DNA of 64,000 bases from NCBI GenBank assembly GCA_951406725.2, contig OX597817.1, positions 112,592,001 through 112,656,000 of the forward strand, in the 5' to 3' direction. Under the pieces are notes generated by a model that saw only the letters and a program-made list of their open reading frames with translations, had not been told where the DNA came from and did not search any database. The position numbers and the translations under genes are program-made. The DNA is from Octopus vulgaris (lineage: Eukaryota). This document shows, piece by piece, positions 13,021 to 27,600 of the stretch. Numbering within the stretch: position 1 is the first letter of the stretch; the number at the start of each line of letters is the position of its first letter.

Positions 13021-16000
13021 CAGCTGAAATTGCGATTATAATCTGGTACTTGACTGAGGAAAGAAAACTTCGAATGACCTGTCCTTGTTTTCTTTGTATT
13101 GTCTATCTGGATGTTTTGTTGTCCCATTTTATTGTCCGGATGTTTTGCACTCTTGTCCCATTTTGTATTTGAGATATATATATAAACAGGAGGTTGAAAA
13201 AAATTTTGCTATTATTTATTCACAATTTGGATTATAACCCTGTCTATTTACTATATGTGTGTGTATGTGTGCGTGTACAAAGACAACAATGTTTAATTTT
13301 GATCATAAACTGCCTCTAATTGTGTAAGAAAGAAAAGCCTTCCCTATCTATACGAATGTATGTGTGTGTAAAATCAATAAAATAATTTTGTGCAAAGATA
13401 TAGGTTCTGTAAAAATTAGAAGAAAAAGACAATATATTATTAAAAGAATAAGTGTGGAAGATAGTGATAAAATCAGTAATGTCAAACAAAATACGTTTCG
13501 GTATTTAGTTATCTCCCTTCTCATTTGATTTAAAATGCTGTTGTGGGCGCCATTCTATGATTGGTAAAATAATTGTCAAAAGTATAAACGAAAAGGATGA
13601 AATTAAGTGTTGCCTTTTATCTATTATAGAACTAATTATTTCAGGAATATGTCCTGGACAAAAATTCCAGCTTTGTATACTCTGAATTTGAAGAGAATAT
13701 TTCCACCCACCCTTTTCTATAAAAACAAAATGTAAAGAAGAATAACATGTTTAGACTAGTTACTGAATCTTGTATGGAATAATTTGATTGATAAAACCAT
13801 TATATCATGGACATTTTAGAGATTTTCGATTTGGCCTATACTGGAAGTAATTTTTTTACATTGGGGTTTAAATATATTTTCAAAATATTTCATTCAATTA
13901 CTTCTAATGTGAAATTAGAGGGGAAAAAAATCTATCCTCTTGTTTATTTGTAAATAAATCACACTCTTTTATTTAGAGAACAAGCCAATTCAGTAATTAT
14001 ATATTTTTAAAAAAATGGGGTGAAACAGAAAATATCATCAAGGGGAACAACTCTTCAGCACACATTTACGACTAAAAGAAGGAAAAAATATAAAAAAACG
14101 AATGGCTTCTCGTTGTGTGTCAACCTGCTAGAAATGACAGCCACATAGCCCTCAAATACCTACTTAATCTCTTAAAAAGATACATTCGATAATATAGTCC
14201 AAGACGGACTATGCCAAGTAAAAAAAATAAAAGACCAGATGGGAAAAATTGGAAAACTTCTAATCATAGGTCTACTCGGTGTGTGCTGATTTTAGACTAA
14301 ACAACAAATGACAAATACACAAAATTTCTACAAATGAATAAAATATGTGGGAAGATTTTTTTTTTTTAGTTAAGCTGCAAAAATAAAAGTTATCTCAATA
14401 TTTAGTTCACATTAAATATATTCTCAGTAATTTTATAGAATAAATGGATGGGTATTCCTGCTGATGTCAAATGAAACAATAAATATACAATAACTGTTAA
14501 GCCATAAGTAAAAGATTAAGTTAGACCTGAGTTCAAGTTCTATATCTAATATGCTGATAAAGAAATGAGTATGTTATCAATTGAATGCAGAAACTTCGAG
14601 TGGCTGTGTGGTAAGTAGCTTTCTTACCAACTACATGGTTCCGGGTTCATTCCCACTGCATGGCACCTTGGGCAAGTGTCTACTATAGCCTTGGGCCGAC
14701 CAAAGCTTTGTGAGTGGATTTGGTAGACGGAAACTGAAAGAAGCCTGTCGTATATATACATATATATATATATGTACGTGTGTGTATATGTTTGTGTGTC
14801 TGTTTGTCCCCCCAACATTGCTTGACAACTGATGCTAGTGTATTTATGTCCCCGTAACTTAGCGGTTCGGCATAAGAGACCGATTGAATAAGTACTGGGG
14901 TCAATTTGCTCGACTAAAGGCGGTGCTCCAGCATGGCAGCAGTCTAATGACTGAAAAGAGATAAAGGAGATAATGTATGTAAACAGAAAATGTATGCAAA
15001 ATATCAGTGATTAAATAGGGTAGTAGTATTGAATGGTATTAAGTTGAGGCTTTTTATGTTTCTGAATTTAAACCCTACCAAAGCTAATTTTGTCTTTCAT
15101 CCTTCTGGGGTTGATAAATAAAGTACTAACGAAGTTCTAGGTCTGATTTAATCTACTATATTCAATCCTCAGTTTGATGCCTTATCCCCATGTCAGAAAT
15201 CAATGTTAGGGTTGAGATAATTAAAGAATAAAAGGATCTTTTTTGTGTGTATTAAGACAGTACATGTAATAACATGTGCTTCGATTCCCAAACGACTGAT
15301 ATTTGATAACAAATATTCATAGTGTTATGTATTATGATATTCTGTCCAGGGTAGATTTATCCTTCTTTAATTCATTCCATGAAATTAGAGTTAAATACAA
15401 GCCTTTAAGAGCTATAGGAGATTTTAAAATGATTTACATAGTCAACAGTTAGTGGATACACATAAAAAGGTAGTTTGTAGCAACTATGGTGAAGGTGAAT
15501 AAATATTTCAACAACAATAATAATAATTTGGTACATACTTGTTTCCTGAGTTTACGAACCATTCTGTCAAGATTCTTAATAGTTTTTTCCATGCCTTCTA
15601 CTCGAGTGTCAAGGTGTGAAGATTTCTGATTACTTTTATAGAAATAACTACTATTAGCTGGGCTCACTGGTTGATCGCTTAAAAACTGTGAGTCTCTTGG
15701 CAAATTTGATGATGTAAATAAATGTCTGTCTTCTGGGCGACTGTGGAATGATCGACGGCTGCTATAAAAACTGGTGATCGATTGGAATTCACCCGATTTT
15801 TGACAATCTGAAATACAATGAAAATCATTACTCATTCTTCATGAAGAATTAAAATGTAAATTATCATCAGTAGAGAACAAATTGGTGCTGATACACCTAA
15901 AGTAGCAAATTATCTGGTTAATTATGAAATGAGTAAATCTTTATGGAAATGAATCACTACAAAGCCACATGCTGTAAAATATCGGTTGATGTGTAAACAT

Positions 16001-19000
16001 CACTGTATCACAGTATCAACCAGACTGTTGGATATTGTTATATACCACTGATCACAATGTGCTTCCTCACATTGTTGTAGCTTTCAAATGATTCTACCCT
16101 GCTGCCTAAGCAGGCAGACCAACATTCCCTCTGAAAGGGATGCAAGCTTGTCACAGGATTACCCATTTACTATTGGGTGAACTGGTACAATGTGAAATGA
16201 AGTGGTTTGTTCAAGAAGACAATGCACCACTGGTCTGGAAATTGATCTTGCAATTGTGAATGCAACACCCTAACCACAAGGTCACACATCATAATGTAAA
16301 CATTATGTAGGACAATAGTTAGAACTGTTATTTTGCAAACCACACATTGGAAGACATTAGAGTTGGGACCTTGTAAAATATTTTAGCATTACATGATTAC
16401 AATCAGAAGTATCCTAATATAAAAAATACAAAATAGCTAAAGAATTGTACAAGTCAATATTAGAGTATTTATTAATGGCATGAGTTCAGTTTTTGATTTG
16501 CCTTTCCAAGCCACAAATTCAATGGAATTCTTTAATGATAATAAAAACTTAGGTGGGATCATCTTATCATAATGTCCAACCCATGTCAGCATGGTAGACA
16601 GCCTTTAGATGATGATGATGGTGACAATGACGATGACAACGATGTCGATGATGACAATGATGATGATTATGATTATGATGATGATGATGTGCAACAAGAA
16701 TTTTGAAAGAAGTCTCTATCAAACTAGTTTTTAAATGTCAAATGGCTATGGGGGGTCCACTAAAATAAAATAGTCATCAAAAAATGGTTGAGAACCACCG
16801 TTCTAAATGCATTATTTATAATATTCTACTTTTCATAATGTTTGCTTTAAATGACCTTAACCTATGGAACAAAATTAAAAACATAATCAAAATTTTGAAC
16901 ATAACGAAACAAGTTTGAGTGTTATGTTTTAAGCAACCTTAACTATGGAACAAAACTGATGACATGATCAAAACCTTTTACATAAAGAAGTGGTATTAAG
17001 AAAATCTATAAACTTACACATCAAAACAGAAATGGGAAACATAATAAAATGTGGAATTTCCACAAGTTCGGTAAATTATATATGGTGGTATGTGATTATA
17101 TTCAATGTAAAAATGTGATATATATATATAGTTATGTTGTTATGTTCATAAAAATATTTCAAAGTAACTGGTGGAGTGGGTCAATGGACAAGCTATAACT
17201 CCTGGTCACAGCTAGCTCTTTTATATTGCTATTACACGTTTCTCTGCACCCAATAAAATCAAAGGGGATAACTACCCATTGGTATATGTCTCCGTTCATG
17301 ACAGTTAGATAATTGACTGTATTTATCACAACAATACCTGAGGTGATATGAATATATACCCCATGATATAAACATACATCACAGTCATATTAAAAGATAA
17401 TATGATTGTGATGTATGTTTATATCATAAGTTTATATCAAGTGATTATATTAAATATAAGACATGGAGATCATTAGGAGGCATTACTAAATGATATCTTA
17501 TGGCAAATGAAGGCAACAAGCTGGTAGAATCATTACTATGCCGAGTAAAATGCCTAGTGGCATTTTATTTACCTGCACATTCTGAGTTCAAGTTCCACCA
17601 AGGTCGACTTTGCTTTTCATCCTTTTGGGGTTGATAAAATAAGTACCAATTGAGTACTGGGATTAATGTAATTGACTTACCCCATCCCCAAAATAACTGG
17701 CCTTGTGCCAAAGTTTGAAACCAATATCTTATGGCAAATAATGAGTTTTAATTCCAACTGTTCAATAATTTGAAAGATGATTCTGATCAAGTTTGCATTT
17801 AACATTCCAACAATAACAATAAAAATATAAAAGCAAAATAGGTAGTTTAGCGTTAGTATAATAAAGTTGGCAGAATTTTGGTTTAAGCACTTCATACAAC
17901 ACCTCATAACTTTTTTAGTTTTTGGAATTTTCAGAAAGTTTTTGTGAACTTGTTTTCTACACAATGGAATTCATATGACTATGGGAATAAAAAAAAAATT
18001 TTTTAACCCCCACTCTCACCCCCATAAATCCTAGAATCCACTGTTTTTTTAATATTTTAAAAAAATCTCTTTAAAATATGGATACTCTAAATTTTTTGCT
18101 TAAATCCAAGCAATGGACCAACCTTAGGTGCATCATCATTCCATTAAATGTGTTTATGGGGAGAAAATATTGGAAAACATTAATATTTGTCAGAGTGACA
18201 AAGAAATGCGGAAGGTATCAGGTGATTGTGAGATGTGCTAATAATAACAACTAAATCACCCTTAAATCACACAAAATTTTTTTTCTTTTTTTCATAATTG
18301 TATGAATTCTTGTGTGTAGAATATAAATTTCTAATATTTTCTGAAAATTCAAAAAAAAAAAAAAAAAAATTATGAGGGTACTTAAACCAGAATTCTGCCA
18401 TAAAGTTAATAAATGTTTTTTTTACCAAAGCAGCAATCTGACCACATCTTGATGTCAATTTTGGGAATTTTTTCACATGGCAAATATTCTGATCTGTTCC
18501 TGGCAATATGGAAAACGTTTCTCTGAACCTGGTTAATATTGTCACTGTTGTCACATATGACACGAGCAAGAGTTACCTGTCTCAGCTGGGTTAGTTGGTC
18601 GGCAGTAAACACACCAGGGTTTTCATACCAAAATCTGGAAACCACAAGATAAATATTGAAAGATCTGTCACACAATGTTTAATGAATCAAGTTTAATCCA
18701 GCTGAAATTAAGTTTGTACAAAGCAGCAGAAATATTGTCAGAGGATGCAAAGTATCATTACAGTATTGGATAGAATATCTCAAGTATTTGTTTTAGTTCT
18801 CTAGTGCCCTGAATTCAAATCTGTGTGTGTGTATGTGTGCATGTGTAAGTATATATATATGTATACACACATATATGTCATGTTTGTCAATACTACACCT
18901 GGAAGCAAACTAGTGCACCATTTTAGAAAAGTCCTAGGTAAAATGAATCCATGGATTGAAGTTATGGAAAGGTCAGGTATCCCCATAAAATCCATGTTCT

Positions 19001-21651
19001 GTAGAACATATCCATTTGAAGGAAACCTCTGTACTGACAGGTACTGTGTAGTGTGTAAGGCAACCTCATAGATAAACAGCAAAACCAGGAATGCTGTCTA
19101 TAGTATAAGATCTACAGAGGGATGGTGCAGAAACAGCACTATGATATACATAGGAAAAACAGCCCATAGCATAGGTGAGAAGATAAGTGAACATTGTCCA
19201 GAACTCAAAGAGGAGAAAAACTTGTCAGTGTTATACCAATATGTTAAAATAGAGCATGAAGGTTCAGTAGATAACATCTCTGGCAGTGATCAGCCATCCC
19301 CATTCTACTGAATGCTATTTTCTAACTCAGCCCAACCTTAGTACCCCAACTATATAGACACTTGTTGCTAACAGGCTCTTTTTGTCTGATGTTGAGTACT
19401 GCACACAGTGTTCTGGCATACCATAAACCCAGGGATTTATGTTAAGTAGGCTTTAGAGTGCAGCATTCACAGCCATATAATAATTGGCACTCAATTTGTC
19501 ATGATGACAAGTTTTCCAGTTGATCTAATCCATTGAACAGCCTGCTTATGGAATTAATGTGTGAGTAACTGAGCACTCAATAAATACATGTACTCTTAAT
19601 GTAGTTCTCAGGAATATTCAGTGTGATAAGGCTGACCCTTTAAAATAAAGGTACTACTCATTTTTGCCAACTAAGTGGGCTGAAGCAATGTGAAATAAAA
19701 TGTCTTGATCAAGGACACAACACACCACTAGGTATTGAACTCATGACCTTGTGATCATAAGCTGAATACTCTAACCACTTAGCCATTTGCCTTCATTAGT
19801 CAAGCTTCACAGTCACATAAGAAGCTGAACTTGATATGTTACAGGAGGTTAGAGTTCCAAACATTGGTCATTTTATTTAGAACCTACTATACAAGTACCT
19901 TTCCTACTTTGAAGTCTTGCAGTGTCAAATTGACTAAGGAGCACAGATATGTGTGTCATACTACCTGGTGTGAAAGCACATGGCTCAGTGGTTAGAGCAT
20001 CGAGCTTACGATTGTGAGGTTGTGAGCTCAAATCCCGAACAGGGCTGCATGTTGTGTTCTTGAGCAAAACACTTTATTTCACGTTGCTCCAGTTTACTCA
20101 GCTGAAGAAATGAGTTGTGATGTCACAGGTGTCAAGCTGTATCGGCCCTTGGCTTTCCCTTGGATAACACTTGTGGCTTGGAGAGAGGAGGCTGGTAAGC
20201 ATGAGTGACTGCTGGTCTTCCATAAACAACCTTGCCTGGACTTGTGCTTGGGAGGGTAACTTTCTAGGTGCAATCCCATGGTCAGTGTTGTGACTGAAGG
20301 GGGTCTCAGATTCTCAGACTACCTGGAAACCATAAATCTTTTAAATATAAGTTGTCTAGGGGATCCACAACAACAGCAACAACATGCCCTACCCTCACCA
20401 AGCTGAGAACCACACTGCACACTCCAGTTTATACATGTGTTGGTGTTGTTGTTGTTGTTGTTATTATTGCTTAGCTCTAGGTTGAACCTGGTTTTGATTA
20501 AAGCTGTCAACATTTCCCATTTCTTACATTATCAATATTCTCCTAAGGGTGCTGGATTGGCAAATTTACAAAAGCATCAGATGAAATGACTTGCAGTATT
20601 TAATTACAGCTCTTTAAGATCTAAATTCAATATCCAGCTGAGATCAACAGTTCTTTACTTCCCTCCAGGGTCAATAAAATAAATATAATGCCAGTCCAGT
20701 ACTGGGGTGAGGGGTAGGGGTGGGTCAATATAACTGACTGTTCTCCTCATCAAAAATTTCTATCCTTGTGTCTACATCAGAAATTTATAATTCCCTAAAG
20801 AAAGGCATGAACATGATAGTTTGTGAAGATATTAGCTTGCATGGCCTAATTGTGAAATCCTGATTTAAATTCCTAGACTGGACTGAGTGGTGCATTGTAT
20901 TCTTGAGCAAAACACTTCATCTCACATTGCTCTGCAATCACTTTGACACTTGGCACAAGGTGCACCTGTTCTGGCAAAATTGATTTGATGGAGAGAGTGA
21001 GCTCATGTACAGCACATACACTATAAACAAATCATCTATAATCACTATAATCACTTGATCACTATAAACAAATCCTCTGTGTAGGTTGTTCAGCAAAAAC
21101 TGAACACTCATACATCATTTTCAACGAGAGAGTCCATCACCTAATTAAAGAAGACAAAACAGAAACCAGTTTTTCTTCTTTGAGATACTATAACACTTTT
21201 TCTTTATTAAAACTCTTTAAAAATAAAATGGAAAATTAAGATTCAAACCTGTCACCATCACGAAGTCTGCGGAATTGGTCAACAATAATGCACAAAAATG
21301 TCGGTCCCACTTTTGAATTCCTTTTGGGAGTTTCACTTATTCCTCCAACAAACAGATCAATGTTATCTAAAGAACATGACATAATGATTTTAGGCATTAA
21401 CATAAGCCAGGACATAAATATAATGCAATATAAATAGATATTAGACATAAAATAGAAAATTTGTTGTTTCATAAAATGAGTTAATGGTTAAAAGATATAT
21501 TTTTGTCATCAATTCCTTTTTAAATTGTGACAACACAACCTGAGACCATACCAAATGACAATGTTTCATCACTTCATATTCTCATTCACCCACTGAATTA
21601 TTTCTTCTTCTTCTTCTCCTACTCCCCCTCTCCCTCTCTCTCTTTCTCATC

Positions 21652-21690
<39 letters not shown>

Positions 21691-24600
21691 TTAACGTCTG
21701 CCTTCCATGCTGGCATAGGTTGGATGGTTTGACAGGAGCCAGTTAAGCAGAAGACTGCACCAGATTTCTGTGTCTGATTTGGCTTGGTTTTTACAGCTGG
21801 ATGCCCTTCCTAACACCAACAACCCCATAGAGTGGACTGAGTGCTTTTTATGTGACACCAAAACTAGAAATAAATATGTTCTCTGTCTTTTTATCTCTTA
21901 AAGAAAATCTGCCTTCACCTCTTTTCTCTTCATTTCTCAAAACCCCCAACCACCATATGCTTCAATATTATATACAAATTTTCTCTCCCCTCTTCAGTTT
22001 TACCTTTTGGAACACTCATCAAAGGTTTTGAATACAGAATTCTGTACAGAAATTTAAAACAGATGAGATGAAAATTTCAGTTCATGTAAGTTTCTTTAGT
22101 TTTTGTTTTACCTTTTTTTTTTTTGCTAATCCCTACTCCCTTTAAATTGCAAAAAGATAAAACAGATGAAGAATAGAAAAAAAAATCAAGAAAAAGATAT
22201 AACAAGAGAAATTGAAGTTTGACAATTTAAAAAACTGAAGATTGTATTTGAACAGATGGAAAATGTATGTTTATATGGAATTAGAAATAAAAAATAACTT
22301 ACACGGAAAATGATAAAAATAATTAAATTAAAACATATTGTTAATGTTTTATATATTAAAAAAAATGAATAGAAATCAATTATTATTTGAATAATAAAAA
22401 AGAGAAATATTCTAAGTTAAAGTAAGGACTGAGGTAATATACTCTCAATTAGATTTTTTTTAGTTATTTGCTGCTTTACCTCCATCATATCATTGATTTT
22501 AGTGATGTTGCTAAGAAAAACAGTAAAATCTCTTGTGTTCTGTTACTCCAACAGCCCCCAGTCTCAGATCTGTTTTCGGATAATATGCAAGACTATCTGA
22601 CAGATAAATTTCCTTGTTGGAGACAAGACTGTGAATTCAACCCTGCAAGTATACAATTCTTTTGTCAATTTCACAGTGCAACTGAAGCTGCCAGCTAAGC
22701 AGATATAGCTATTGGAAGATAAGTAGCTTGATCTGGGAACATAACACTGTGCAAGTGAAAGAATACAAATCTCTCACTCTTTAGCTTGTTTTCTGTTTCT
22801 TTTCTATCATTATTATTATCTTTTACTTGTTTCAGTAATTGGACTGTGGTCATGCTGGGGGGTCACCTTGACGGGCTTAGTTGACCCCAGTGTAATTTTT
22901 TAAGGACTATCGCATATTGTATCAGTCTCTTTTGCTGAACTGGTAAGTCACAGGAATGTAAGCAAACCTGCACTAGTTATCAAGCAGCAATGGGGGACAA
23001 GCAAAACTACATGCACACACACACAGAGACTTCTTTCAGTTTCTTAGCCACACAATAACGCTTACACTTATTATTAATATTTTTTTTTTACAGTTTTGTT
23101 GAGAAAGGAAGGGCAGTATTCATAATTCTCTATATTTTCAGGGCTTCTGAGAGTGGTGGAAGATATGGAGAAAATTACATCAAAGCGGAAACCTAGCCTG
23201 GATGCTTGCAAGTGAATAGAATCCTTTAAAGACATCTAAGAACCAGGAGATGGTATTAATCCAGACAACAGGTTAAATCTATCAACTAAGAACTTGGAAT
23301 GCTAAGAGCAACAACACATACCATAAGGAATCTATCTAATATTTTATCAATTCTTCCAATTCTCTATATTAGATCGGTGTCATGTTTTATCGACTTCTAA
23401 GAGGATGAAAAGCAAACCTAACCACAGAAGAGAGGAACAAATACCACAAAGCAGGTTGTCCTCTTCTCTAACAATTCTCCTAATTTGCAATCTATAATAC
23501 CAATTCACTACCTGTCAACTAGGTCATCCTTGCTCTAAAAGCAGCAGACATATATGATAAGGTAATTGAAAGAAAAGTCAACGTATGGTAAATAATACTA
23601 ACCAGGATGTCTATAGAGATTCTCTAAATGAGATCGTATGTTTGCATCAGGAATTTCTTTTCTTAGGTCATTGAACGAAGTGGCTTTGTTCATCCCACAA
23701 AAAGCTCTATATTCATTGTAGCTGGGAAGCCCATGGTCTCTACCTCGCTGAATGTTTAAGGAACCTAGATCTTGTCCAAGTGAATTAGCTAAAACAAACA
23801 ACTTTTCGGTCAGCTCAGAGTTGAACATTTCTTCAGGTATTTGCTTTTTTGCAGGAACAGCAAAAAGACCGCGCAACAAGGGATCAATGCCACCTTCTTC
23901 CACTACTCTGTAAGGAGAAAAGAAGGCTTTATGGAGTGGCAAGTTCCCACTTCTGATTGGCTGGAATCGTTCATTCAATCGATAAATAATAGGCTGAATC
24001 AGAGTGTGTCCAACACGAAAAGCTGCAGTTGAAAATTCATTAGATATTTTAGGATCAATCTGAGGATCATAGCTTTTATATTTTCCAAGAAGTTTCATGC
24101 CTTTAGGGCCCAGGATATCAGGAAGCCAGTGTTCATATGTAATGTGTTGCATCATGGCACCAACTATTTTTCTGCTTTCATGGTACAAGAGAGTGCCATC
24201 CCAGTGTGGATTCAACTGAAGTAACTCTGTTGCAATCTTGTTGTGCTGACGAAGCCACAAAGTATGCATTGCAGTTAGGGCCAGCTGTTCATTAGCTCGA
24301 TGGTCACCAGCAAGAAAACAAGGAAGATGTCGTTTTGTTGCTTCCAGTTGGCAGTCAACGTTTGCCAATAAGCCATTATTATCAAATGGTAATAGAGCTT
24401 TTCCATCTGGTGCAGCTCCAACTTGGAGTAAACCACGACTTGATGTAAGGTCTCTTAGACTAGAAGCATCCTCAAAAGTACTACCATACACATTAGACGC
24501 ATCAATAAAAGATGTTATAGCATTCAGCTGTTCACGTGGAGCAAGTGTATTGAAGAAAATTGACGTTCCACCTGAATTACAGATAGCACTTGACCTAGCA

Positions 24601-27600
24601 AAGCCCAAACATTCACGATTTCGAATGCGCTGATCATTCAAAGGAACTTGAATTGGAAAGCAAGGGTAATCATTTGTGCAAGTTTCGTTACATCCTCTGC
24701 CATCACTAAATCGAGCATTACTGATAGATTGGGGAGCCAAATCCATATCATGGTCTACAAATTGGCCCCATTGCATCAGCATATGTGTGCTCAGGTCATC
24801 ATCAGTCACATGGTTGGAACCAATAAGGACAGAGGAGACAAGCCGAGGGCTTGGTAATGGAATGCCATTATATTCTCTTGAAGGATTCCAGCCTAAAGAA
24901 AAAAAATTGAAGATAAAGTTTAAAATTTTAATTTTGATTTCACAATATAAATGTACTAAAATATTGGAAACAAGTTCAAGAATTTAAACAAATAAGGAAG
25001 TGTTATTACCTACTGGTGTATTGAAACCATTTTCATAACGAGGAGGAAGAAGACGCCGAAAAGCTTGGTTGGAAGCTCCAGATGCTGGATTAAGCAAATT
25101 GTTGCACGAGCCATCAAAGGAACGATATTTTTTGTGAAAACACATATCTGAACAGTCAATATTTGGAAAACGCCGGGAACAACCAGATAGATTTGCAACT
25201 AATTGAATATGTTCAGGTGACAACAATTCCCGATAAGACAGCTCTGGAAAATTTAAACAGAAGTAGATAACTTTCAAAATTTGTTAAACTAGTTGATTAA
25301 CTATATTGATGAATTCATTTTAAAAAGATGAAAAGTTAAATCTAAGAAAATATGACTTTCGGTGTGATATAATGACTTTTTCAGCAAAATATTAATAAAA
25401 GCCCACTGCAAGTGTTTAACATTTTTTTTTTTGTTTCAATTTGCTAATATTGATAACCTTCATCTAGGTATAAGACACTAATTATATAGAATATACAGAC
25501 TGGATAGTGAAGGCACATGGCTCAGCCACTTGCATGTTAATTTCATGAGCAGGCTGTTTTGTTGATCGGATGTACTAGTTGTAACTGACGGAGTACTACA
25601 GAATGCCTAGAAGTTTGAATAGAAGCTGCTATTAACTTATTTAATGCAAAGAGCATTAAAAACCTGACTAGAAATAATTATGCAGTGGAGTGGAAGAAAC
25701 AATATTTGTCAATTACTAATATTGTTTTAATTATTTTGGCAAGTATGGGGACAACTGACATGTTTTGGTATTATTATGACCTCATCAGCAAAGCAGGGAT
25801 TTCACTGCTCATGCCAAAGTAGTTATGGAAGAATCACAAAGTAAAAATGTTCAAAATTGTGTACCAGTTAGTATAGAAAGATTAGAACTATTTGGAGAAT
25901 AAATAATTCAGAAATATCATCTGCAAGAAAAACAATACTTAAGTGTTAATATATTTAATGCAGAAAGCATTAAAGGGCTCATCAAAAATAATTATGTAGT
26001 GAGGAAGAAACAATATTAGTCAATTTATTTTAATTATTTAGGCAAATATCGGAGACAGTACTGAAGATATTTGAACATTAGTATGCTCTCACCAACTTTT
26101 TAAAGTCTCCTGCATTAAATATGTCAATAATAAGTTAACTATTGTTTACAATGTGAATGACATCACTGAGTTATATAAAGCAGATTCAAACACAGATGAA
26201 GGTCACAGTATCATCAGTTAATAAAGTCAATACATGAACCTTAAGGTATTAGACTATTAAGTATTTTATTCTGGTACATTATTATTTGACTTAAACTTTT
26301 AACATTAAATCCAGCTGAGTCTAATTGAGTGTCAGCAACAGTTGGGGACTGAAATATATATTGGCTCTGAAAAGAAGGGTCAGTCTTTGAGTAATGGTCC
26401 TAGCTACGCTAAGGATGTGGATTCATCTTGTGAAATTGTTGAGAGGATTTCATAAGGCAAGGCCCTATGTTTGGAGGAACTGTGAGGGCTCTGAGTGGTG
26501 TTCATGCTTAGGAAAGGGGATGTGGTGGTGCTTTCTTGATATAAGTAATGTTTGAACTATTTTTCTTGTTTTGCTGTGTTGTATGTATGTGTGTGTGTGT
26601 GTGTGTGTATAGAGAGAAAGAAAGAGAGAAAGGTATTTTATGTTTTTTTTGCAATATTTATATTTACATGGATATATAAGTCATGTTTTTAAAACCTGTT
26701 TTTAAGTTTACTTCATTCAGCACAACTTTTTTATTTTGTTTATGTACTTTTACAGAACTCCTAGTGTACTGGTGTATGTGTTTGTAATGGTATGGTCATT
26801 TGATGTCTGTGGTAAATGGCCTGCTGTTTACACTTACCATGATCTTCTAAATTATATTTATAACCTTCTCTAACATGTTCATAAATGATGTCTAGAGTTT
26901 GCTCAAATATTTCTTCAGCTTTTGCTAATTCGAGAGCTTCAGCTGATGGATATCTGACAACTGAAAGTAAGTCACTGATGGTGTAAGTTTTCTTCCTGTT
27001 AAACAGATGATCATAGGTAACGTTTGCAGCAAGGTTGATTCTGTTGATTGCTTCGTCAGTTGAACTTGTTACCAACTGATGGCCAATATTCACACCACGT
27101 CTAGCTGAAACAATATTGAATGGAGAGATAAAAAAAAATTGGTATCTACCATTCTTCAGAAACAAAGTGCTATTAGAAGTGAATATGCAGCGAAACATAT
27201 AAACTTCAAATCTTACAAATTAACAAGGGACGCTTTACTTCGTCACTTTACATTTTAGGAAAAATCAGCCTGGAATTAAATACTTCCATCTTAAAAAAAA
27301 AAGGAAAGATACACAAGATAAATTAATCCTAGATACAGGCAGTCCTCTACCTTGGGAAATACTTGATGCATCATGAAAAAAGCTTGGAAACTGAATTTCT
27401 AAATCTTAAATCATTAACTCACATAAGAACAGAACCCTAATTAATATACTTAGGTTTCTGTTCTCATTAGAGTTACTAAATTTTTTTTTATGACACCCCA
27501 AAGAAATAGGACATATCAATCATCATGTATCTTGCAGTTATTGGAATCATTTCCATTGATAAAATGCATGTGTACACTTGGCCCATGACACAGAATGAGG

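Noticed and set aside
12490-13041. Short ORFs over SINEs and microsatellites (also 14624-14904, 54147-54521, 56262-56583, 58822-59166, 61418-61732)
   Set aside because: Translations of repeats ([12 protein letters not shown] runs) with no coding signal.
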